A stretch of 64,000 nucleotides of DNA from Ranitomeya imitator (GCF_032444005.1 NC_091283.1:159464001-159528000), one strand, 5' to 3'; shown: positions 35,604 through 46,934, counted from the first letter of the stretch. The notes: generated by a model from the sequence alone, not told the origin. Numbers and translations: made by a program.

Positions 35604-36728
35604 ATGCAAACTCTACGGCAGGAAAATATCATGACTCCCTCAGATGTCAGAGCTATTATCCGAGAAGAGATGCAGGGTTTGGCGCAGACAAGTAGCGCCA
35701 GTACCCGTCAGCCTAGCAGGTCCCGGTCTCCGGTTAGTTCGGAGTCAGAGGGTGTCTGTATTTCTTCAGACGAAGAGGGATCTCAGCCGAGCTCATCCGA
35801 GACTGAAGGGGGACTTTGTCTTCCCAACAGTAATGTGGACAATTTAATAAAATCTGTCAGGAGCACGATGGGGTGCCCAGATGGGAAAGAAAAGAAATCA
35901 GCACAGGACATAATGTTTGCGGGGTTAGGACAGAGGAAACGTAGGTCCTTCCCCGTCATACAAACCATCAAAGATATTGTTAAGAAGGAGTGGGACAAGC
36001 AGAATAGAGGGTTTTTACCATCATCCTCTAAAAGGCGCTATCCCTTCAGCGATGAAGACCTAAACACCTGGTCAAAGGTGCCAAAAGTTGATGCTGCGGT
36101 AGCCTCCACAACCAAACAGTCGGTCCTACCAGTGGAGGATTCAGGGGTCCTGACAGACCCGCCGGACCGTAAAGCAGAAGCTTTACTAAAGAGGTCATGG
36201 GAAGTCAATACGGGGGCGTTCAGGCCCGCCATATCTAGTACCTGTACTGCAAGATCTCTACTAGTATGGACAGAGCAATTGGAGGAACAGATTAGAGGCA
36301 AAACTTCGAGGGAATCTATCCTGCTGAAATTGCCTCAAATTAAAGAAGCAGTAGCATTCCTAGCTGATGCCTCAGTGGACTCGCTACGTCTTGCAGCCAG
36401 GTCAGCCGGCCTAGTCAACACAGCCCGGCGTGCACTCTGGCTAAAGAATTGGAAGGGGGACGCACAAGCTAAAGCGAAACTTTGTGCGATTCCCTGTCAG
36501 GGTGAGTTCCTTTTTGGGAAGACGCTGGATGAACTCCTGAATAAAGCAGGTGAAAGGAAGAAAGGCTTCCCTAACCAGTATCTTCCATCCTACAGGAGAG
36601 CCTTCAGGAGACGCCCCTTTACTAGGAACAAGCCGCTTGAACAAAGAGAGCGATGGGAGTCGAAGGACCCAAAGCAAAAAGGTGCCTTTTTTAGCGGGTC
36701 CCATAATCCGAGACGTAAATACCGCTAA
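35604..36728 (+). CDS. DIRS1 ORF1 Gag-like protein (374 aa from the first Met; frame open from 35505 including a C4 Zn-finger)
   Basis: First ORF of the element. Contains LAARSAGLVNTARRALWLKNW...LFG, typical of vertebrate DIRS Gag-like ORFs. Upstream in frame: CALC-x12-CAEC. Confidence 0.8.
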   Translation: MQTLRQENIMTPSDVRAIIREEMQGLAQTSSASTRQPSRSRSPVSSESEGVCISSDEEGSQPSSSETEGGLCLPNSNVDNLIKSVRSTMGCPDGKEKKSAQDIMFAGLGQRKRRSFPVIQTIKDIVKKEWDKQNRGFLPSSSKRRYPFSDEDLNTWSKVPKVDAAVASTTKQSVLPVEDSGVLTDPPDRKAEALLKRSWEVNTGAFRPAISSTCTARSLLVWTEQLEEQIRGKTSRESILLKLPQIKEAVAFLADASVDSLRLAARSAGLVNTARRALWLKNWKGDAQAKAKLCAIPCQGEFLFGKTLDELLNKAGERKKGFPNQYLPSYRRAFRRRPFTRNKPLEQRERWESKDPKQKGAFFSGSHNPRRKYR

Positions 36729-38613
36729 CCAGGAAGTAGGCGGCAGATTAAAATTTTTTCTTCCCCAATGGGAACAGATAACATCCAGCCAGTGGATTCT
36801 GGACATTGTGCAATACGGCCTTAAATTAGAATTTGATCGAATCCCTTGGGATTCCTTCATAATAACATCTCCAAAAGGTCAGGACCAACAGAGGGCTCTA
36901 GAAATAGAGATCCTATCTCTTCTATCTAAAAAAGTCCTGATAGAAGTTCCCCAGGATCAAAAAGGGAAAGGGTTCTACTCCCCTTTATTCCTGATTAATA
37001 AACCAGATGGTTCATTTAGAACCATCATAAATCTTAAAAAATTAAATTCTTTCCTGCGTTATCATACCTTCAAAATGGAATCCATTAGTTCTACCATAAA
37101 ACTCTTATTCCCTAGGTGTGTCATGGCCGGAATAGACTTAAAGGACGCCTATTACCATCTTCCCATACATGCCGAACATCAGCAGTACCTAAGGGTAGCA
37201 GTCACCCTGGAGGGAAAGGTTCGTCACTTTCAGTATGTTGCAATGCCATTTGGGCTTTCTATGGCTCCCCGCGTCTTCACTAAGGTGATACTAGAAGTGA
37301 TGGCTCATCTACGCCAACGAGATACCTTGATAATACCCTACCTAGATGACTTTCTAGTGGTAGGAAGCTCTGCACTTCAATGTAAAACTCGTCTATCTAA
37401 TACGATCTCGTCCCTACAGGAGTTAGGTTGGATCGTCAACTTCGAAAAATCTCGGCTGAAACCAGAAACTGTTCAGACATTTCTAGGAATCCAGCTAGAC
37501 TCCGTAAGTCAGAAATGCTTTCTTCCTCAGTCAAAGAGGTTGACTATACAATCAAAGGTATCAGACGCAATACGCAAACCCTACATGACACTAAGAAAGG
37601 CCATGTCCTTACTGGGGTCATTATCATCATGTATCCCTGCTGTACCTTGGGCACAATTCCATACCCGTCAATTGCAGTACGAAGTATTGTCGGCTCAGGG
37701 GAAAGACGGTTATCTAGAAAGTAGAATAACTCTTTCCAGTAATGTCTTAGAATCGCTATCCTGGTGGCTAGACATGGACCACCTATCACGGGGTGTGCCA
37801 TGGATAATAGACCCGTCTAAAATAATTACCACCGACGCCAGCCCTATTGGGTGGGGAGCACATATGGAAGACAATCTGGCCCAAAATACTTGGGATCAGA
37901 CAGAATTAATATGTTCCTCCAACTGGAAGGAGTTAAAAGCAATAGAATGTGCCTTATATCATTTTCTTCCGCAGATTCATGGAACAAATGTAAGAATTTA
38001 CTCAGACAATTCCACCGCAGTGGCATACTTGAACCGTCAGGGTGGTACAAAGTCAGGAAGTCTGATGACCATAGCTGCAAACATCTTTCAGCTGGCAGAG
38101 GCTCATCTAACATCCTTAACAGCCCTGCACATCAAAGGTGTAGAGAACATCAGGGCAGACTACCTCAGCAGAAACGAGTTGCGTCAAGGAGAATGGACCT
38201 TAAACAAATCCATATTCAGAAGGATAACAGAAGCATGGGGGATACCACAAATCGACCTATTTGCCACAAGAGACAACCGGCAAGTACAAAGGTTCGCTTC
38301 CCTGAACACCAGGGATCACCCAGATATGTTGGACTCTCTCCACCATCCTTGGCGGTTCAGACTGGCATATGCCTTTCCTCCAATGTCTCTGATTCCTCTA
38401 GTGATCAGAAAGATCAGGAGGGAACAGGCAAGAGTAATCATCATTGCACCATTCTGGCTGAAAAGACCATGGTTCTCTTGTCTCCAGACCATGTGCCTAT
38501 GCGATCCTTGGATCCTCCCATCAGACAAGGAGCTGCTGTACCAAGGCCCCTTTTTCCACCCGCAAGTGAAAGGTCTTCACTTGACGGCGTGGAATTTGAG
38601 AGGCAACTATTAA
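36550..38613 (+). CDS. DIRS1 ORF2: RT - RNase H - adenine methyltransferase-like domain
   Basis: IDLKDAY, MPFGL, YLDDFL (RT); TTDAS and YSDN (RNase H); IDLFAT and YAFPP (MT-like). The track start is GTG and the first ATG (37075) lies inside the RT domain. Confidence 0.92.
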   Translation: MKGRKASLTSIFHPTGEPSGDAPLLGTSRLNKESDGSRRTQSKKVPFLAGPIIRDVNTANQEVGGRLKFFLPQWEQITSSQWILDIVQYGLKLEFDRIPWDSFIITSPKGQDQQRALEIEILSLLSKKVLIEVPQDQKGKGFYSPLFLINKPDGSFRTIINLKKLNSFLRYHTFKMESISSTIKLLFPRCVMAGIDLKDAYYHLPIHAEHQQYLRVAVTLEGKVRHFQYVAMPFGLSMAPRVFTKVILEVMAHLRQRDTLIIPYLDDFLVVGSSALQCKTRLSNTISSLQELGWIVNFEKSRLKPETVQTFLGIQLDSVSQKCFLPQSKRLTIQSKVSDAIRKPYMTLRKAMSLLGSLSSCIPAVPWAQFHTRQLQYEVLSAQGKDGYLESRITLSSNVLESLSWWLDMDHLSRGVPWIIDPSKIITTDASPIGWGAHMEDNLAQNTWDQTELICSSNWKELKAIECALYHFLPQIHGTNVRIYSDNSTAVAYLNRQGGTKSGSLMTIAANIFQLAEAHLTSLTALHIKGVENIRADYLSRNELRQGEWTLNKSIFRRITEAWGIPQIDLFATRDNRQVQRFASLNTRDHPDMLDSLHHPWRFRLAYAFPPMSLIPLVIRKIRREQARVIIIAPFWLKRPWFSCLQTMCLCDPWILPSDKELLYQGPFFHPQVKGLHLTAWNLRGNY

Positions 38614-39626
38614 GTTCCAGAGGGTTCTCAACAGAACTAGTAAACACCCTCTTATTGAGCAGGAAAAGATCTACCACCCTAATATATAGTAGGGTATGGA
38701 ATACATTTTTAGACTTCTACACGGTACCGTTCACTAAGCAAGTTCCACTCACACCTATCCTAGAGTTCTTGCAAAAAGGCCGAGAGTTAGGACTATCTGT
38801 AAATACCTTAAGAGTTCAGGTCTCGGCATTAGGAGCCCTATATGGATGCAATATAGCAGCTAATAGGTGGATCTCCAGATTCATAAAATCTTGTGAACGT
38901 AGTAAACCGGTCCATATTCCCCGTCTACCTCCGTGGGATTTAAATCTAGTATTAGAGGCCTTAACAAGCTCTCCATTTGAACCATTAGATTCAATACCTT
39001 TAAAAATCCTAACATATAAAGTAGCCTTACTAGTAGCCCTAACCTCAGCTAGACGGGTTAGTGACATCCAGGCCCTATCAGTAGACCCACCTTTCTTACT
39101 GATATTTCATGATCGGATAGTCCTGAAACCAGACCCCTCATACCTCCCTAAGGTAGCGTCCACCTACCACAGGTCACAAGAAATATTTCTCCCTTCCTTT
39201 TTTGATTCACCTGTAACTCCAGAACAACATAAGTTCCACACCTTAGATGTCAGAAGAGCCATCCTGACTTATATAGAAAGGTGTCAGACATGGAGGGAGA
39301 GTAGGGCTCTGTTTATCTCCTTTCAGGGCCACAAGAAAGGACATGGGGTCACGAGAGCTACCATATCTCGGTGGATCAGAGATGCTATCTGCTTGGCCTA
39401 TACGTCAAAAGGCGAGATTCCTCCAGTGGGTATAAAAGCGCACTCAACACGAGCCATGGCTTCCTCCTGGGTGGAACAAGCAGATGTACCGATCCATTTA
39501 ATATGTAAGGCTGCAACTTGGTCTACACCTTCTACCTTATACAACCATTATAGACTTGATCTGTCCACGTCTTCTGATCTGACCTTTGGTAGAGCTGTTC
39601 TTAATACAGTAATCCCACCCAAATAA
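37851..39626 (+). CDS. DIRS1 ORF3 tyrosine recombinase (recombinase-like sequence from ~38600)
   Basis: SARRVSD (Arg), AHSTRAMA (HxxR) and YNHY (Tyr). Overlaps ORF2 by ~760 nt. Confidence 0.9.
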   Translation: MGSTYGRQSGPKYLGSDRINMFLQLEGVKSNRMCLISFSSADSWNKCKNLLRQFHRSGILEPSGWYKVRKSDDHSCKHLSAGRGSSNILNSPAHQRCREHQGRLPQQKRVASRRMDLKQIHIQKDNRSMGDTTNRPICHKRQPASTKVRFPEHQGSPRYVGLSPPSLAVQTGICLSSNVSDSSSDQKDQEGTGKSNHHCTILAEKTMVLLSPDHVPMRSLDPPIRQGAAVPRPLFPPASERSSLDGVEFERQLLSSRGFSTELVNTLLLSRKRSTTLIYSRVWNTFLDFYTVPFTKQVPLTPILEFLQKGRELGLSVNTLRVQVSALGALYGCNIAANRWISRFIKSCERSKPVHIPRLPPWDLNLVLEALTSSPFEPLDSIPLKILTYKVALLVALTSARRVSDIQALSVDPPFLLIFHDRIVLKPDPSYLPKVASTYHRSQEIFLPSFFDSPVTPEQHKFHTLDVRRAILTYIERCQTWRESRALFISFQGHKKGHGVTRATISRWIRDAICLAYTSKGEIPPVGIKAHSTRAMASSWVEQADVPIHLICKAATWSTPSTLYNHYRLDLSTSSDLTFGRAVLNTVIPPK

Positions 39627-40934
39627 TGACTCTCTGAAAATCTCTCATGTGGGGTGCTGTCGTGGCGAAGGGTAAAAAGCCGGATTACGTACCGGTAATG
39701 CTCTTTTAATGAGTCCACGACAGCACCCATATATTACCCTCCCTAAATTATGCACAGCTCTTTCCTTTAAGGTCACAAATAATGGTTGTATAGAGTTAAG
39801 AAATTTATGTGACTGAATAAGAATGAATACTAACACTTTTGCGGTTCCCTTTTTATACTCTGTAACTAAACTGAGGAGGAGAGGGGACCGCCTCCTTTTA
39901 TTCTGTAGGTTTCCTGTTCCTATGGGCGGATCCCTCTCTCTCATGTGGGGTGCTGTCGTGGACTCATTAAAAGAGCATTACCGGTACGTAATCCGGCTTT
40001 TTTTCCACATTTTTCCCATGCTTTTTGTTTTTTCCCCCATTGGTATGGTGAAATACGCTGCAAGAATTGACAATATGCAGATTTTCATCTGCTGCAAATC
40101 TGCAAGGAAAAAATAATCAGCGTGTGCATGACACTTTAGGGATCTCATTCACTTACCTTGTACTGTAAAGCCTTATTCCGAGTGTACATACATAGTGTAT
40201 TCACTTATGTATAGCACAGTCCCTTAGTATATAGTGTACTCACTTATGTATAGCACAGTCATTTAGTATATAGTGTACTTACTTTTTATGTATAGCACAG
40301 TCCCTTAGTATATAGTATACTCACTTATTATGTATAGCACAGTCCCTTCGTATATAGTAGTAGATGGTGGCCCGATTCTAACGCATCGGGTATTCTAGAA
40401 TATTTATGTATGTATATTGCAGCCACATAGTATATAGCACAGGCCACGTAGTATATAGGAGCCATGTAGTATATAGCAGACAAATACTACGTGGCCTGTG
40501 CTATATACTATGTGGCTGCTATATACATACATATTGTAGAATACCCGATGCATTAATACAGGCCACGCAATATATAACAGTGGCCACACAGTATATAACA
40601 CAGCCATGTACTATATAACACAGCCCACGCAGTATATAGCAGCCACGTAATATATAATACAGCCCACGCAGTATATAGCAGCCACGTAGTATATAACACT
40701 GCCCACGCAGTATATAGCAACCACGTAGTATGTAACGCTGCCCACGCAGTATATAGCAACCATGTAGTATATAACACTGCCCACACACTATATAGCAGCC
40801 ACATAGTATATAACACTGCCCACGCAGTATATAACAGTGGCCACGTAATATATAGCACAGCCCACGCAGTATATAGCACAGCCCACAGAGTATATCACAC
40901 AGCCCACATAGTTTATAACACTGTCTATGTAGTA

Positions 40935-42544
40935 CAGGTCCTTCTCAAAAAATTAGCATATAGTGTTAAATTTCATTATTTACCATAATGTAATGATTAC
41001 AATTAAACTTTCATATATAATAGATTCATTATCCACCAACTGAAATTTGTCAGGTCTTTTATTGTTTTAATACTGATGATTTTGGCATACAACTCCTGAT
41101 AACCCAAAAAACCTGTCTCAATAAATTAGCATATCAAGAAAAGGTTCTCTAAACGACCTATTACCCTAATCTTCTGAATCAACTAATTAACTCTAAACAC
41201 ATGCAAAAGATACCTAAGGCTTTTATAAACTCCCTGCCTGGTTCATTACTCAAAACCCCCATCATGGGTAAGACTAGCGACCTGACAGATGTCAAGAAGG
41301 CCATCATTGACACCCTCAAGCAAGAGGGTAAGACCCAGAAAGAAATTTCTCAACAAATAGGCTGTTCCCAGAGTGCTGTATCAAGGCACCTCAATGGTAA
41401 GTCTGTTGGAAGGAAACAATGTGGCAGAAAACGCTGTACAACGAGAAGAGGAGACCGGACCCTGAGGAAGATTGTGGAGAAGGACCGATTCCAGACCTTG
41501 GGGAACCTGAGGAAGCAGTGGACTGAGTCTGGTGTGGAAACATCCAGAGCCACCGTGCACAGGCGTGTGCAGGAAATGGGCTACAGGTGCCGCATTCCCC
41601 AGGTAAAGCCACTTTTGAACCATAAACAGCGGCAGAGGCGCCTGACCTGGGCTACAGAGAAGCAGCACTGGACTGTTGCTAAGTGGTCCCAAGTACTTTT
41701 TTCTGATGAAAGCAAATTTTGCATGTTATTCGGAAATCAAGGTGCCAGAGTCTGGAGGAAGACTGGGGAGAAGGAAATGCCAAAATGCCTGAAGTCCAGT
41801 GTCAAGTACCCACAGTCAGTGATGGTGTGGGGTGCCATGTCAGCTGCTGGTGTTGGTCCACTGTGTTTCATCAAGGGCAGGGTCAATGCAGCTAGCTATC
41901 AGGAGATTTTGGAGCACTTCATGCTTCCATCGGCTGAAATGCTTTATGGAGATGAAGATTTCATTTTTCAGCACGACCTGGCACCTGCTCACAGTGCCAA
42001 AACCACTGGTAAATGGTTTACTGACCATGGTATTACTGTGCTCAATTGGCCTGCCAACTCTCCTGACCTGAACCCCATAGAGAATCTGTGGGATATTGTG
42101 AAGAGAAAGTTGAGAGACGCAAGACCCAACACTCTGGATGAGCTTAAGGCCGCTATTGAAGCATCCTGGGCCTCCATAACATCTCAGCAGTGTCACAGGC
42201 TGATTGCCTCCATGCCACGCCGCATTGAAGCAGTCATTTCTGCCAAAGGATTCCCGACCAAGTATTGAGTGCATAACTGAACATTATTATTTGTTGGTTT
42301 TTTTGTTTGTTATTAAAAAACACTTATTTGATTGGATGGGTGAAATATGCTAATTTATTGAGACAGGTTTTTTGGGTTATCAGGAGTTGTATGCCAAAAT
42401 CATCAGTATTAAAACAATAAAAGACCTGACAAATTTCAGTTGGTGGATAATGAATCTATAATATATGAAAGTTTAATTGTAATCATTACATTATGGTAAA
42501 TAATGAAATTTAACACTATATGCTAATTTTTTGAGAAGGACCTG
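40935..42544 (+). mobile_element. Tc1 family A, copy 2 (intact)
   Basis: Same TIRs as 12492-14103 and TA TSD. Confidence 0.95.
41264..42268 (+). CDS. Tc1 DD34E transposase (334 aa)
   Basis: Differs from 12821-13825 at 4 residues in the ORF track (F>L, S>L, E>K, I>T). Confidence 0.93.
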   Translation: MGKTSDLTDVKKAIIDTLKQEGKTQKEISQQIGCSQSAVSRHLNGKSVGRKQCGRKRCTTRRGDRTLRKIVEKDRFQTLGNLRKQWTESGVETSRATVHRRVQEMGYRCRIPQVKPLLNHKQRQRRLTWATEKQHWTVAKWSQVLFSDESKFCMLFGNQGARVWRKTGEKEMPKCLKSSVKYPQSVMVWGAMSAAGVGPLCFIKGRVNAASYQEILEHFMLPSAEMLYGDEDFIFQHDLAPAHSAKTTGKWFTDHGITVLNWPANSPDLNPIENLWDIVKRKLRDARPNTLDELKAAIEASWASITSQQCHRLIASMPRRIEAVISAKGFPTKY

Positions 42545-44100
42545 TATATAGCAGCCACGCGGTATCTAACAGCCCACGTAGTATACAGCAGTGTGGGCAC
42601 CATATCCCTGATAACAAAATAATTAAAATAAAAAATAGTTATATACTCACCCCTGGGATCCAGTGAAGCTCCGGCGATACGCGCATGGCTGACGCCATCT
42701 TCCGTTCCCAGGATGCATTGCGAAATTACCCAGATGACTTAGTGGTCTCGCGAGACCGCTAAGTCTTCTGGGTAATTTCGCAATACATCGCCGGGAACGG
42801 AAGATGGCGGCCGGCGCCAGCGGCTCGGCGGACAACGGAGGATGAGTATAGCAGTTTTTTTTGTTTTTTTATTATTTTTAACATTACATTTTTTTTTAAT
42901 ATTGATGCCGCATAGGCAGCATCAATAGTACAAAGTTGGGGACACACAGGGTTAATAGCAGCGGTAACGTTACCCGTGGCATAACGCGGTCCGTTGCCGC
43001 CGGCATTAACCCTGTGTGAGCAGTGACCGGAGGGGAGTATGCGGGCGCCGGGCACTGACTGCGGGGAGTAAGGAGCGGCCATTTTCTTCCGGACTGTGCC
43101 CGTCGCTTATTGGTCGCGGCCAAATCAGCGACTTGGATTTCCATGACAGACAGAGGCCGCGACCAATGAATATCCGTGACAGAAAGACAGACGGAAGTGA
43201 CCCTTAGACAATTATATAGTAGATACTCACTTATTATGTATAGCACAGTCCCTTAGTATATAGTATACTCATTATGTATAGCACAGTCCCTTAGTATGTA
43301 GTGTACTCACTTATGTATAACACCGTCCTTAGCTACATAGTTTCCTCTTTTATTATGTATAACACCATCTCTTATTACGCACTATCCTCTGTAGTTATAT
43401 ATGTGCCGTCCCTTATTATATAGCTTCCTCTGCTGTTATGTACAATGCTGTCTCTTATATAGTGTGTTCTTGATATTTTTGTTATTCACAGCACCCTCTT
43501 TTAATACATAGTCCCCTCTCTTGTTAGATATAAAATGACTGCTGATGGAGTAGCTGGTGACCAGACAACCAGTCCATCAGCTCCTCCATTAGAAAAGAAG
43601 CTTTCCCATGCTCCATCAGCCGTCATTGCATTATACATGTAACAAGACGGGACCGTATGTAATAAAGACATGGCTCTATATAATCCGATATGTAAGGGAT
43701 GGTGCTGTACATAACAGGAGAGGGCACTGTGTAATAAGAGACAACAATATACATAATAAAGTAGACTATGTAAGATATATAACTGTAAGCTCTGTCGCCG
43801 TAAAAGGAGGGGGGCGTAGACAAGTTTCTTGCACAGGGGCTCCAAGCTGTCAATGTCTACCCTGGTTTCAATATCCAAGAAAGATCAGAGACCTGTGCCC
43901 TCAATGTCTCTCGAGCAGATTCCTCAGATCTTGTAGTGCATCATAAATCCTCCTGACAGATTTAGTCCTGTGTGGAGGGAATCAAATACTCTAAGTTTGT
44001 ATTCCCAAACTCTTCAATGTTTTGTGATGTAAAATTGCATTTTAATATGACAACTTTCATAGTTATGTTGTATATTTGTGTTTCTTCAGAAAATTTTACA

Positions 44101-44200
44101 CCATGAATGAGGAAGGAACCTAAAAAGTCTTGAAAGCTTGTAACATCATGTATTTTATTTTTGTTAGCTATTAAAAGGTATCATAACTACAAGATTATCT
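44101..44200 (+). mobile_element. Penelope-derived hammerhead-element remnant (degenerate core)
   Basis: ATGAGGA-A-GGAacc...TCTT-GAAA-GCTTG...TTAGCTATTAAAAGGTATCA. C3 is mutated to A. Confidence 0.5.
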
Positions 44201-44352
44201 TGTTTTTCTCACTGAGAGCACCCGCTGCTGAGTAATGCACATTATGAGCTGAAAAGAGGGGAAGGGATAACTGGTCTCTATAATACTATCCACTATAAAC
44301 CACAAGATAACTACTAGAATACTGCTCATTACGTATAAGAATATAACTACTA

Positions 44353-44946
44353 CTAGATGGTGGCCCGATTCGAACGCATCGGGTATTCTAGAATATGCCC
44401 AGCCACGTAGTATATTGCCCAGCCACATAGTATATTGCCCATCCACGTAGTATATTGCCCATCCACGTAGTATATTGCCCAGCCACGTAGTATATTGCCC
44501 AGCCACGTAGCATATTGCCCAGCCACGTAGTATATTGCACAGCGATGGAGTATACAGCACAGAGCCATGTAGTATACAGACTTAAAATAAAAAATAAACA
44601 TATACTCACCCCCCGTTGAAGTCCTGACCCTGTGTGCGGTGTACGCGGCAGCTTCCGGTCCCAGGGTTGGTATGGGCGCAGGACCTGTGATGACGTTGCG
44701 GTCACATGACCGTGACGTCATGGCAGGTCCTTCTCCCACACCATCCTTGCCACTGGAACCTGCCGCTTGCATGGAGCGGTTACCGGAGCGTCTCGAGGAG
44801 CGGGAAAGGCGCAGGAATGTGAGTATATGATGATTTTTTTAAAATTATTTTTAACATTAGATCTTTTTACTATTGAGGCTGCATAAGCCTCGACCAATCA
44901 GCGACGCGGGATTTCCGGGACAGACCGATAGAAGTACCCCTTAGAC

Positions 44947-45010
<64 letters not shown>
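44353..45010 (-). mobile_element. Non-autonomous Helitron (5' end replaced by a (TA)n expansion)
   Basis: A|CTAGATGGTGGCCCGATTCGAACGCATCGGG at the left, and CCCTTAGACAAT(TA)n at the right. Confidence 0.75.
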
Positions 45011-45776
45011 CTAGATTGTGGCCCGATTCTAACGCATCGGGTATTCTAGAATATGCATGTCCACGTAGTATATTGCCCAGCCACGTAGTATATTGCCCAG
45101 CGACGTAGTATATTGCCCAGGCATGTATGTAACAGGTTACAAAATAAAAAAGAAACATACTCATCTTCCGAAGAGCCTGTTGTAGTTCCGGCGCCTGTGC
45201 GAGGTGTACGCGGCAGCTTCCGGTCCCAGGGTTGGTATGAACGCAGGACCTGTGATGACGTCGCGGTCACATGACCGTGACATCATGGAAGTTCTTTCTC
45301 CCATAGCATCTTTGGAAGCGGAACCTGCCGCTTGCAGTGCCGAGGACAGGATGCGACGGCGGAGGGTGACAATAACGTTTTTTTTTTTTTAATTATTATT
45401 TTTAACATTAGATCGTTTTACTATTGGTGCTGCATACGCAGCATCAATACTAAAAAGTTGGTCACACAGGGTTAATAGCTGCGTAACCGGAGTGCGTTAC
45501 ACCACAGTCTGGTAACGCTGGCATAAACCCTGTGTGAGGGCTGACTGGAGGGGAGTATGGAGCGGGCACTGACTGACTGCGTGGACGAAAGAGCGGCCAT
45601 ATTGCCGCCGGACTGCGGGCGTCGCTGATTGGTCGTGGCAATGGTCGTGGGCGTTTTGCCACGACCAATCAGCGACTTGGATTCCATGACAGACAGAGGC
45701 CGCGACCAATGAATATCTGACAGAAAGACAGCCAGACAGAAAGACGGAAGTGACCCTTAGACAATTATATAGTACA
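45011..45776 (-). mobile_element. Non-autonomous Helitron, tandem to the previous copy
   Basis: A|CTAGATTGTGGCCCGATTCTAACGCATCGGG ... CCCTTAGACAATTATATAGTACA. Confidence 0.75.
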
Positions 45777-45779
45777 TAT

Positions 45780-46205
45780 AGATAATACTGCCCCCTATAT
45801 ACATGACTATAACTACTATAATACCGCCCCTATGTACAAGAATATAACTACTATAATACTGCCACCTATGTATACAGGAATATACCTACTATAATACTGC
45901 CACTATGTACATGAATATAACTACTATAATACTGCCCCCTATGTGTACAGGAATATAACTACTATAATACTGCCCCCTATGTATATAGGAATATAACTAC
46001 TATAATACTGCCCCCTATGCACAAGAATATAACTACTATAATAATGCCCTCTATGTACCAGAATATAACTACTATAATACTGCCCCCTATGTACAAGAAT
46101 ATAATTACTATAATACTGCCCCTATGTACCAGAATATAACTACTATAATACTGCCCCCTATGTACAAGAATATAACTACTATAATACTGCCCCCTATGTA
46201 CAAGA
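45780..46205 (+). repeat. ~35-bp minisatellite (~12 copies)
   Basis: Unit CCCTATGTACAAGAATATAACTACTATAATACTGC. Confidence 0.9.
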
Positions 46206-46615
46206 ATATAACGCTTCTCACCTATAATTCTATATTATTCTTCTGCCCTGCAGAGCATCTCACCTATAAACCTATATTATTCTTCTGCCCTGCAGAGCAT
46301 CTCACATATACCTGCATAATATCCCCCTGTTCTGCAGAGCATTTAACCTATAGGTCTTTGCTATTCTCTGTCCTGCAGAGCATCTCACCTATAATTATAT
46401 ATTGTTGTTCTGCCCTGCAGAGCATCTCACGTATACCTGCATAATATCCCCCTCTCCTGCAGAGCATTTAACCTATAGGTCTTTGCTATTCTCTGTCCTG
46501 CAGAGCATCTCACCTATAATTATATATTGTTCTTCTGCCCTGCAGAGCATCTCATGTATACATGCATATACTATCCCCCTGTCCTACAGAGCATTTTACC
46601 TATAATTCAGCCTGT
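46205..46615. repeat. Degenerate ~42-bp tandem repeat
   Basis: Recurrent CTGCAGAGCATCTCACCTATA core. Confidence 0.75.
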
Positions 46616-46934
46616 GGGCAATTTTCTGTGGGCATTCTTCACCTTGCACCTTAAATATCATGGATCTGAAACTTTGTGATGCTGCAATTGGCAATTTTCT
46701 GTGTGGGCAATTTTCTGTGTGGGCATTTTTCCTGTGGGCATTTTTCCTGTGGGCATTTTTCTGGTCACCGAATATAACTACTATAATACTGCCCCCTATG
46801 TATACAGGAATATAACTACTATACCACTTGAACCGTACATTCTGAATTTTTATACATTAACCCCTCCGGCACTGTCATTAGTTCACACTGTACATCACAG
46901 CTCTTGTCCTTCTTTTTCAGTGGCCGTCCCCACA

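Larger units (their letters stand above)
34787..40004 (+). mobile_element. Complete DIRS1-type tyrosine-recombinase retrotransposon
   Basis: Left ITR ~34787-34893 and inverted right ITR 39868-39997. The ICR at 39641-39730 is complementary to both outer ends, with junction GGGTAAAAA|GCCGG. T-runs at both ends and no TSD. Three overlapping intact ORFs. It appears inserted into a GTGCACAC-type MITE (34700-40134). Confidence 0.95.
40360..43223 (-). mobile_element. Non-autonomous Helitron interrupted by Tc1-A copy 2
   Basis: On the minus strand the 5' end is A|TCTACTATATAATTGTCTAAGGG. The 3' hairpin CCCGAT-gcgttaga-ATCGGG is followed by CTAC (variant of CTAG). Internal short tandem repeats. Confidence 0.75.
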
